This document shows, in pieces, positions 10,701 to 22,700 of a DNA stretch of 64,000 nt. The notes beneath the pieces were generated by a model. That model had not been told where the DNA came from. It saw nothing but the letters and a program-made list of their open reading frames with translations, and searched no databases. Where the stretch lies: the NCBI RefSeq assembly GCF_902459465.1, contig NC_047072.1:6138001-6202000 (forward strand), given 5' to 3'. The stretch's first letter is position 1. The number at the start of each line of letters is the position of its first letter. The translations under genes and the position numbers were made by a program. Origin of the DNA: Asterias rubens (Eukaryota).

Positions 10701-13700
10701 CCATGTAAAAAGGTATTTTCATGACATTGTTTTACTCACTCAGCTACAGCACCTCAGCAACAAATATTTTAAGGTACGCTTTCTACTATCATTATTATCA
10801 AACGTTGTAAGTTTAATGTAAATCTGTGGACATTGTGTTTTGTGTTACAAAAAGTACCCAAATCCTTTAAGATCTAAAGTAAAAAGAAATGGTCACAAAG
10901 CAACTGTTGTCATCATAAAGACAAAAAGACACAAAGACATAGGAAATCTCCGCTTACGTTAAGCATGTTTCACATGTTGGCATGTGAATCTTGGCTTGTA
11001 TGCATGCGTACTTCATGTTACTAGACATTCTTCGCTTACAACGCAAGCGGAGAACAGTGATCGCAATCGCAGAATTCGGCAGAAAATTAGACCCTTCTGT
11101 ACAGGGCGCTGTAAGTGCAGAATACCGTGGTAAGCAGTCTTTGAAATTGTAACCCAGATTTGTTTGGTTTTCTTTACCTAGTCTCCGTGGCAACCATCCT
11201 TTAACCGTCCCCTCTCTCATAACATCCACCAAGACTCTCCTCCCATCAATCTTCTTGCCGTCAGCATACTTGTAGGCATCTACGGATTAAAGACAATTAA
11301 AAAGTCAGAACATGAAGCGAACGACGCCGAAACATGCAGACTACTGTCACAACAAAATCGCAATATCACCTGCAAGGGTTGAAGGTCATTCGAGGTGTGT
11401 CAAAGGTCATATCACTTCTGATGACATCATGTCTCAAGCTTGACGACACGAGAGAAGAGAAGCTTTGCACATCTTGAAGTTTGACCGATATTTATACTTA
11501 CAACTTTACCCTGTTATTTTAAAAGTTTTTTTTTATTTTTTTACAATGGAGGAAAGACATTTAAGTTAATCTATTACGTACATCTGTAAACATGGGAGAA
11601 CAATTTGAGAAGTCTAGGAATCCAAGATTAAATTAGTTGACGATCCAATAGAAAATATAGGAGTGTATAAATTCTCAGAATGTCAAATGTACATTTCTTT
11701 AGCCGCCACTTCAATAGTATGGAATAGTTCACCACCTGAAACTCAACATCACAAATCCACTGACATTTTAGGGCTATGTCAAACAAGACAATCTACAGGC
11801 AATAATTTTCAAGCAACTTTTGCGTAATGTTTGAAGCTTGAACAGTGTGGAAAATAAGAAAGAGTAAACTTGTGGTAAACCATGTTTTAAACAAAATGTA
11901 GGGATATACGTTGGCTCTAAAAATAGCAGGTGTGGTCTTGACACGTCGTGAACAGTAGATTCTGCTCTGAGCATTCTCCCGAGTACCAGCCGAGCATAGA
12001 CGATGTGACCTATGTTTACATTTAAACCGCCCTCTGTTGACAAAACACTGTACACGTCATGTTTCGCCGGGCAAATAAGTGCGTAGTCATGGTAAGATTG
12101 CATGTACTTGCTAGCTGGCTGCCAAATCACAAAGGTTTTGCCCGGCGGTATGCGCGCGAATCATGTTATGGTTTTCGAGTGACGTCAGAGGTCACAACGC
12201 CTATACATGTACTGTTTGAAACATGGAGCGACAACACTACTCATTAGCGTAGCATGGTTTTACCTGGGAGTATACTTTTTAATTTCAAAATACCTGATCT
12301 TAAACTTTAAACCAGGGCTCAGGAAAAATTAAACTGCAGATAGAGCTTTAAATAATTTGATGATGAGCAGTGAGGTCCTTGGTGGCAGTAGATGAAGCCT
12401 TTCCGTTGAAGGATTGACAATGTCTGCTCTCACCAAGCTTCACCCTTCATCAGGACCTTTTCATTACCGAAGCTCCAGCATTAGCTCTGGCTGAAGCTCT
12501 AGCCTAGGCTCGGGCAAGCCAGAGCCAAAGTTTCCAAAAGAGGCCATTACTCATACACAGATCACTCACCACATATTTCTCCATGTTATGATAAATGATC
12601 AATATATAATCAAGTTTTCTGAACATCCCCAACCCCAGCTGGGACCAATTTCCTAAAGCCTTTACACACAAAACATTGCTGAGCAAAGACGAACCATGCT
12701 GAGCAAAGACGAACCATGCTGAGCAAAGACAAACCATGCTCAGCAAAGCAATTTTTTACGAATTTTGTTTTTGCCCAACAGACTTTAGCAAATTGGCCCC
12801 CCATTTGCACAGTTTCATACCTACTCATGTGCAAGAACAATGGGATTACCAGCTATACAAGAAATACACAAAAACTTTTAAGGACAAATGTTACTAAAAC
12901 TGTTGTTACCATTTCTGCTGCCGGCATAGATAGTAATATTTTACGCAAATGGGCTTACCACCCCAGCTAAGCTTTGTCACAGAATAACTAACAACAATTA
13001 ACTTTACCACAATGACTACTACCTTACAGGTCACAATAACCAACCTGCATCCATGTTAGAAACTCACCGTTAAAACTTACAAAAGGTTTGACGGAAGATA
13101 TCTTATTGTCACCAAAATCAACTTTCTGTCCCTCGTGTTGAATATTTTACAACAGAGAATGTTTGGGCTTACCAAACCCAGTGTAAATCATACCACTGAA
13201 AAATGTAACATTAAAAAAAAAAAAAAAAAAAAAATACACAAAGACCACTATACAAGTACATGTACCTGTTTCCCAATTAGAGTTTTAAAAACGGGGGAAG
13301 AAAAAAAGAAGCAAATAAACAGGCGGCCAACAAACCCAAAAACTCACACTCCCCGTCCATAACTTCTTCATTACCTTCAGTTCTGATAACTGCAATATAG
13401 TAATCTGGCCTGCACTTTTCCTCCGTGGGTGCAGTTCTCTACAGACATGTGCACACCAAGTTGGGCTTACCGACCCACCATCATTTCAGACTTTAAAACC
13501 AGCTTACCCAGGCCCTCCCCTTCCCCCGAACAAAAAAGCAAAACATAATAAGTTGGTTGCTTACTCTGCTCCCTACAACTATTGTTGACCACCATATGCA
13601 TCGTTGACTCCGCCAAAAACTTACAACACTCAAAAGAACCCAGGTTCCACCTCAGCTGTGCACGGTCCACCAACGTTGGGCTTACCAAACCCGATGACAA

Positions 13701-16700
13701 CAATCACTTACATGAAGGCTTTACTTCAGCTAACAGTGTTTGTAAGTCAATCAAAAAGGCAAAACATGCTTCTAGGTAGTTCTTAAGAGCAAATCACTTA
13801 CGTAAAGAGGGGACATCGTCGAAACCTCCAAACAGGAAAAGACAAAGGCAGTCAAATCTTTCCGGTAAAGTACTTCAAGATGTTCAACAAATCATGGGCT
13901 TACCAACCCGGAAAATTTACAAAATTGAGTTTTACAGCACAGGCCTTACCAGCCTGTCATCGGTATGATTATTAGAAATTGTTTTGTAACAAAGTACATG
14001 TATTAGGTCTTGTCCAGAACTAAGATCTTTAAACAATTTTACATAAAAAAAAGACTTCGAAAAAAAGTTAATGTGCATTCTTTGGTAAAACTTTTCCAAT
14101 TCTATTTAAGTTTAAAAAGTGCAGTTTCTATTCGAAATTGTCAAAATGCATAGTTTGACACCAATATCTGAATAAGAAAAAACCAAAGACACAAATTTAC
14201 CTGGCACCTTACCAAGTCTTGCCAAAACACATCACACGCCGAGCCATCAAGATGGGAACAAGGTTGACACATTCCAGGTATGAGGTTGTGACGCTGGGTA
14301 ACTTACCCGGAACATGACACATACCAGGGGTCCAACAATTTGGGCACAAAAAATAACAGAGTTTTTAAAACGGTTGAGCTTCTTAGCCGAAGACTTAAAA
14401 CATAAAATGATTGGGACCACTATTCGTTGTTGTTTTTTTCAATGTAATGCCGATTAAAAGACCAAATTATCAAGAAAGATACAATAAAAGTTGCCAGTAA
14501 AAGTTTTAGGTGAATAAAGTGACTACTTGTTGAAAAAACAGCAACAAAAACTGGCATAGTTTTTTTTGTTACCAAAAACACCAAATCAATATGAAGGTCT
14601 ACATGTTTGTGGTTATTGTAGTTGATTTTTACAGGATCAAACAAAGAGTTATCGCAGGACCCCCTGGTATGGTCTGCACGTTTGTTACTTTTTAATTCCT
14701 TACTTTGGTTTATGATTTCTGATGTATGTCTGTTATTGTGATATATGCTTGAGAAGTCTCATCAATGCATGCATTATTGTTTGGTTTGTTTTATAAAAAT
14801 TCAGAAACGTTAATAGCCCTAATGAGATTTTGGTAGCCCGAAAAACACATTACGTCTCGAGTCACAACACAAATTGGTCACCGAAAGTATTTTATTTTAC
14901 AATACCATCAGCACAGTTCATTATTGTTTGTGATGTTAATCTTTGCATTATTTTTCCACTAGCTCGCTGGGCTATCAAACTGGGTAAATGAGTTGACCGG
15001 CTGTAAATCTGGAAAACCCGGGCTAGCGGGCTAGTGGCAATTCCGACCCCTGCGTGTATGTTGATAAAAGAGAATGTAGGTTCAAACTAACCTGTTCTTT
15101 GTTGATGCATGTTGTAAAGATATTCAGCACAGCTAGCTTTTTGAACTCATTGAAATGAGTACTCTTCTACAGTACAGTACATGTATGTCTTCTAAGACGT
15201 TTAACATTTTGGTGTCTTGTGACTTTGTGAGAGAAAGTTTTTACTGTATGGTTGTTAAAGCAAATTCCCCTCCCCCTTTCTATACCCACCCACCCCCATT
15301 GGCCCCTTGGGTATGTCTGTGTGTTGAATATGGGGAGGCCAGTGTACCGCTTACCATATCATATACAAACCCAAATCCATGAAATGGATTAATGACTAGG
15401 CTTAGAGAGACAGCAAGGCTGAGGCTTTGTCATGCCAGGCCGACTGACTGAGTGGGGGCAGCACACTATGTGTGGCTGTATTGAAAGGGTGACAAAAAGA
15501 TACATTTACGTCAGTGTGTGGTATAGGCAACAAGGCTAGATTACAGTGGGGTGGGTAACTTGAGTTACCCTTATACATGTAATTCCCTTAACAGTTTAGT
15601 TTCTAGAAATTACAAACTACTCCTAAATACAGTAACTTCGGTAAACAAATACCAAACTCCTTGTCTGTACATGTGTTATAACCCTCATGACACAAATGCA
15701 TGAAAAGACTCTTCCCATGAAATATTTTGTAAATTGCACATCATCGCAGGTGCACACTAACTGCACTACTGCTGGGCAAAATGAGGGGACATCCTGCTTT
15801 TTGGATGGGGGTTGAATGTGGCGTGAAACTTACACATTTGTTCGTCTGCCTAGTGCACAATTCTTTGGCGCTTGCCATAGTGTCTGTGCCCATGCAAGAA
15901 TATAATTAGCATATTTCATGGGAAGGACTCATCGAAGGGGCCAATGAGTGATACTCACATGTGATTGCTTGAAGGCACTGGACACCTTTGGTAATTGTCA
16001 AAGGACAGTATTCTCACTTGGTGAATGAAATAAGACATCTGTGAAATCACTTGGTCATCAAAGTTGCAAGAGAATAATGAAAGAAAAAACACCATTGTGC
16101 ATACATTTGTGTGCTTTCAGATGCATAATAAAAGGCTTCAGGCCTGAAGTCGTTTAATATTTGAGTGAGAAATTACCTCTTTCTCAAAAACTATAATACT
16201 TCAGAGGGAGACGTTTCTCACAAAGTTTGAAACTATCAACAGCTCTCCATTGCTTGTTACCAAATAAGTTTGTATGCTAACAATTGTTTTGAGTAATTAC
16301 CAATTAGAGTCCAGTACCTTTAATGCCAAAACCAGGCACTTCCTGTCAGAACTTAAAACTGGGTTTACTTGCTTTCCAAAAAGATTAGAAGAAAAAAATT
16401 TTTAAAAAATCTATAGCACCAAATCCATATTCATGATGTCACATCGATCAGTTATCATGGCCAATGTTTCCGTTGTTCTAAATTTTAATGCAAACTGAGA
16501 AGTGACTGATTCTGGCTACACATCTGTCAGTAGACCTCTTGTGCTTTAACATCCATTGCTGAAGTCAAATAACGCAAATGTGCAAGCGTGTACATGCCAC
16601 GCACAACTCTCAGCCAATGAAAGTTCCTTCTTTGACCTCAGTGAGGGCGCTGTTAGTGTTTGTTGCATCATGTGCGCATCATGTGCAAGGGGTCTACAGA

Positions 16701-19700
16701 ATTTTTCTTCAATCTGGGGAACACTGCCAACGATAGTGAAGGTACTGATTGAGCTCAACATCTCAAACAGCATCTGCAAAGTTTACACCAATCTGTGGTG
16801 GATCCAGCATACAGGGATGTCAAAGGTCATCTAAAGGTCATTGGTAATATTTACAGATACACCGTATACAAACCTATCTCTGCTTACCATAGGAACACTC
16901 TTACAGGTACCAGCTTAATTTTGGTATGTCAGTGCAAACAAAACGCTGTTTTTTTTTAAATGAAATAAACTCTTTGCGACTCAAGCTTTTCAAAATTGCA
17001 ACAATCTTGTATTTCATATAGTGCAAAGATATCCCTTTTTTAAGTGTGCACATAACCTCCCTCACTAGAGATTCATTCTGAAATTGAGCCGATACTTTTG
17101 AACTGAAAACTTGTTTAATTTAATAAAATCCCTGAACACAATTTTAAAAAACAGGAGACGGCGGTTTCAAGACCTGTATTTATCTTGGAACTGCAGTTTA
17201 AAAACTACCCTTATTAGTGTTTAATTAACTATAAAATTGAGCATCCAAAATGTATCTACGAATCCCAAACCAACGCCCAGTCTAAAATATTGTTAATTCA
17301 ATATTTCTGTGACAGTCTACGGAATCAAATGCCAGGAGCATTCCTGCCTGTTCTAGGCTAATGCCTCTGAAGATGAGAACACAGAACTTGCCAAAGGAGT
17401 TTTACATCATTCCCTTACAAATTTTTGGGTTTGTATATACTCAGCGCCTTGAGTATCTTGAGTACCTTGTTTGGTAGATACGTGCGCTATATAAGACTTC
17501 AATATTATTATTATTATTATTATTATTAAACATATGTGACCCGCTCTGACGGAATGAGGAATGTCTAGTAAAGTCTCATTTCGTGTAATTTGACACCGAA
17601 CATAATCATAACAAACAATTATTGAAAATTATTGAATTTTTTAATTTTTTGTATTTCTACACTTTTAGGTTGCCTAAATCTTGATTAAACTTACTATGGT
17701 CTTACCTTTTCGTCAAAAGATTACTAAAGATGTAAAAACAGACGATTTCTGAGCCATGTTCTTGACGTAATTATCCAAAAATATTCCAAATCCCACGGGA
17801 CAGACAGCGAACATTCATTGAAAACACCAAATTTGGCGAGCGTCGCAAAACTTTTCACACAACTTGCATAGCGCCACCAGGAGTACCATTGGAAAGCCAA
17901 AGATTAGAGGTGTCTAAATATAGCCACCAAAAACATGTGTCAACACTGAAAGGGGTTCAAAGGTCACCAAAGGCAAACCCTGTTTTATCAGCGATGACAT
18001 CTCTCATTCATAAATCCGCGTCGCGAGATTTAGTATGGCTCACAGACCGAGGCGTTGTTTATCCATGCAGCTTGAGAGTCCGATCACCCGACCCGGTCTT
18101 GTTGCCATAGCTAGTTGCAGCGCTGGTAATACGACAATGTACACACGAACACTGCGCGGGTACCATGCACAAACTTTGCTACACGTACGACGTATGGAAC
18201 AGTGGAATGTTTATCGAACGTTGGGAAAACAGTGTCTAATTTCCATCATTGTTTCGTGGTTTTTCAAGGTTGAATTGTTCAAAACCAAAATAATTCTGAA
18301 TGTTAAAGGAACAATCTTTCAGTTAAACTTCATGCTGGGTAAGAAATTTCGCTAAAATCATGAGAAACATGCACGGGGAAATTGCGAATGTTACCTGGTC
18401 TTCAAGCCGAGTATACCCGTGGGGGTTGATGCTATGCGCTGAGTGACAGCTGTCTTTACTATGTTTTGACTTGACGGAACAAAACTCGCCTTTCAAGTTG
18501 GAAATATCAACGCAAATTGCTCTAAAATTTCAGGTAAACATTGTCAAACTTATTGGTGAAATTGTCTACACATTATAATCTAACTTCTCGTTGAGTTGTT
18601 TGTTCATTTTGGTAATTTTGTTTGCCTGACTACGGGGGGTTAAAAATTGATATTTTCATTATCGTAAACAAAAATATTAATATTATTTTAATGAGTGTGT
18701 GAGACGTCGCGTTTTTTCAAATCAATTTTTCTGGAGTTTGTGTTTTCCAAAACGGGTCGTAAAATTAAGCGTCAAGGTCGTCGTAAAATTCCACATTATT
18801 TCAGACAGGAAGGTCGTATGGTCTTGATTTTTATTTCATTTAAAATGTAAAGATTTGCTTGTTTGGAATATTATGAAATATGCAAATGTGAAAATCACTA
18901 GACATTCCTTATTTCGTTAGAGCGGGTCACATATAAGAATTTACTAGAGAGTAACTAGAACCTGCGACCTTTGGATTAACATGCCGGTGGTCAACCAACT
19001 GAGCTTATCAAGCCCTTTTGTTAGCGGTCTCTCCCTAGTCATCTATCTTATTTAAAGAATTTAAGAAATTTGTGACTAACAAACCCATACAGAACGGTCC
19101 GAATACATGTTAAAAGTCCATTTTGTCATTTCAGTGGAAAAACATTTGTCTCTGGATTTTGCCAAAACATTGCATCTCGCACATAAAAGCTTGGTGCAAC
19201 AATGTCAAATCTCGGTCTGCACATATGCACTTCCTAAGTTAGTCCTTACTCTATGTGAGATCGTGAGTAGCCCATAAGGATTCATGCTCGAGTTTAATAA
19301 CACAAGCGCCCTCTAGTTCTATTCAATAACAGTAGGGTCAAGACTCGCTGTATTCAAGCTATCTGGACGATACCATTGTTTACGGGAGGGAGGGGATTTG
19401 GTACTTACTGTGCATGTCTCTCTCGTGTTCATACTCTATAAATGCATATCCTCTTGGCTTGCCAGATTTCTTGTCATGAACAACGTGGATCTGGTGATTA
19501 ATTAAGGGGTGAGAGTCATTGCTGGGAAAGATGTATAAAACTAGAATAAAAATGGTAAGCCCGGTTTTCATACTTCCCACGGATACGAAGCCAATTTTGA
19601 CGTCGCACGACAGTTTTCACAACGATTCTTTCGCAGGCGTTGAGTACAAGTCAATAATTTGTTGCAAATTTGTGGCGTAAAAATGCGTATCGCATTCGCA

Positions 19701-22700
19701 TGAGCAACAAGTATGAACCGGGTTTAAGGCGGCAGGTTCAAAGGATTGATATTGATATTGTAAGCTTTTGCAGGCCTTTGAATGGGCCATTGAAAACGAA
19801 AAAAAACCTCATTATTGATTCACATCAAAGATAGACAATGTACTTGTTACTTCTTTCTGTAAGCCACACAAGCTGTATTTACATACATGTAGGTAACAGC
19901 AAGCAAGAAGCATCAAGGTGTTTCTGTACCTGGCGTTTACTACAAAGTAGAGTATGAGCCACTCAACCCTGTGAAATCACCAGGAAAGCATTCAATTAAA
20001 TTTTCTTTTCAATGGCCTAATTTTTTCACTGAAAGGCGCTTTTTCAAAGAATTATTTCTCTGAGTGAATTTCTTCAGATTAACAGAGATTTCACAGGCCT
20101 GTTTTCGTTAAAGATTGCAAGTAAATGTAGCTTCCTAAGACAGTACTATAAGAACTTAATCAAAGAGCAGGATAGAGGAGAGATGAGAGAACCTTTGACT
20201 TATACTGAGCAAAAGTGAAAAACTCAGCAAAGTTCAAGTTGACTGGTTGAGACCAAAAGAAAGTTTGTGAAGTTTAACCTTTGGGTGCCTTGACTTTAGG
20301 TGCAATTTGTCAAAAAAAGAATAATAGCAACTGTTACAGAATATTTTGTTACAGGGCACTGCTAGGGTTAACATTGAAAGGAAAACTACATGTCCAAAAC
20401 AACATACCATCTTGATAGGTCCGTAGGATTCAAACTCACGACGAAGCTTAGACTCTGATGTGTCGTAGTTCTGTGAACGAAAGAAAAAGTTATACAATTT
20501 AACAACAGAGCAACTGCCACGCAAACAAAGTTCTAAGCCACAGGATTGTAATCATGAAAAAAAGACAAGGCCACTTGAGAAATATAACACTCTACATTGT
20601 ATGAAAGCAATGGGAACTTTACATGAACGGGGCACCGAAGCAACACATGGTACACATGTACATTACACATGTACATCAATCATTGTAGCAGCGTTCTCCC
20701 AATGCAGAAGATAGCGTATCGTATTGATACATGCATGTTTTTGGGTCCATGCCTATTAGAGCAGACAAGACACGTAAACAAAGTGTTTTTTTGGGGGAGG
20801 GGGGGGGGGGCCTTGAGATCACATTCACAAAAATCATGAAGATAACTCTTATTTATAATGTTCCAAATTGCATAGTAGGACTTTTAAAACCAAAACCAAA
20901 ACAATCAAAGGGCCTTATTTAAATTGAGTCTCAGACAAAACTTCCCAAATTTTGTTATAAAATGCCCCCAAGTTTTGAAAAATCCGAAGAACCCTGCCTA
21001 GTGAGGCAATCATGTGTTTGCTTCGTCTCATGACGATGACTAGAGCAAGGTAGTCGAAATGTTGGGACCAATTCGAGAACGACTCCGCGATAGTGCAATT
21101 AATTATGATCCTACAAGCTAAAGTAGTAGTCCCAGCCAATTTTCTATACCTTTCGCCCGGGTAGTAATTAAATAGCAGGACAGTTCTTTTCAGAACTGAG
21201 AAGTCTCCCGAACAACCGATAAATATAATATCCGCGGTAGTAGAATACAGACAGACAGTTCTCTAAAAACAAACTCTACCTGGCAAGTAGATGCACACAT
21301 GGTGTTACCGCAAACCAAATATAAAACATAATTTAGTAAACATTATTCATATTTGGAGCCATATAGGTCTAAAATGTGTGGACAGGTTTGTTTATAAAAA
21401 AAATCAAGATTTCTGTTTTTTAATGCCTAAAATACTTACAACCCTTGCGATGAATAGCGTCTTGAATGGGTCTCCGATAGTGGCTGCTGCAGGCTCCCCT
21501 GTATCAACAAAGAAAACATTGAATCAGGAATTGGCGGCTATGGCTACGACTGTTGCTAAGAGTGTTGCTAAGGATGTCCTATACTCCAATACAATGTATA
21601 GGACATCCTTAGCAACACTCTTAGCTCCTAATCATACATGTATGATTAGGAGCTACTGGCACATTAGAATTGAAAGATCAACTGTTGCAGTCGTTCAGCA
21701 TTATTCTGGAGTGCCTTGGTTTGAGACGCAGATCTTGTTATGAGCCAAACCTACTTGTTCTGTTAAAGGAACATGTTGCCTTGGATAGGTCAAGTTGGTC
21801 TTTGAAAAGCGTTTGTAACAGTTTTTATAAAATGCATATGGGTAGTAAGATGTTAAAGTAGAATACAATGATCCACACAAACATGCCTTGAAATTACACG
21901 TTTTTTTTTTACCTAGTCGACTAACACGGTCGGCCATTTATGGGAGTCAAATGTTTGACTCCCATAAATGGCCGACCGTGTTAGTTCGCACAGCAAAAGG
22001 AAAACCACGCAATTTCGAGGCAAATTTGTAATGGATCATTGTATTCTACTTTTACAACATCTTTCCAACCATATGCATTTTATAAAAAAACAATTACAAA
22101 CGCTTTTTATATACCAACTCGTCCGATCCAAGGCAACGTGTTCCTTTAATTTTTGCCTGTCTGAAACCAAAATTGTTTTGGGTGTACATAAAGTCGCTCC
22201 TAATATTTTTGGTTCGCCGCAACTTGATCAATTCAATGTTTAAGTTGCATGGCCTAATTTTTTCAATGAAAGTCATTTTTTCAAAGAATTATTTCTCTGT
22301 TTCTGTTTCAAATTGAAATTCGCCAAAAAATTTGATAACATCTTTAACTAACCTAGAATTTTCTACCTATCCAGAATGCTTCATCATATCTTGAACAGTT
22401 TGAGGAATTCCTTAAAACCCATTAAGTTTTGATTTCTGTTGTTTTGTTGTTCACATCATTTTGGATTCTTTAAAGGCCCTTCATAAAATCCATTTATTTT
22501 TTTAACATGCTTTGTAGTGAAACACACAAAAGAACAAGTAAAAACTGCGAAATACGCTTATATGTGGGCTGTCTCTTTTTTTAAACCTAAAAGAGATATC
22601 AGTGATTGAGTTCAAGTGTGATTGGATCAAAACGTGAAAAATATGAACCTTTATTTTTTTTTTTTTAATTCTTTTTTTAATTCCAACTTACAGTCTGTGA

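Larger units (their letters stand above)
12420..14310 (-). promoter_or_regulatory. Dense array of 5'-splice-site-like motifs in the snRNP70 regulatory intron
   Basis: About 15 GTAAG motifs in 12950-14310 on the transcribed strand versus about 1 on the other strand, plus GTGAGT, GTAATG and GTATG variants extending to about 12420. Confidence 0.7.

Noticed and set aside
12370-12500. GC-richer structured patch with CTGATGA and GAAA on the minus strand (hammerhead or snoRNA candidate)
   Set aside because: The order and spacing do not allow hammerhead stems, and I could not place convincing C/D or H/ACA boxes. It may still be part of the regulatory intron.
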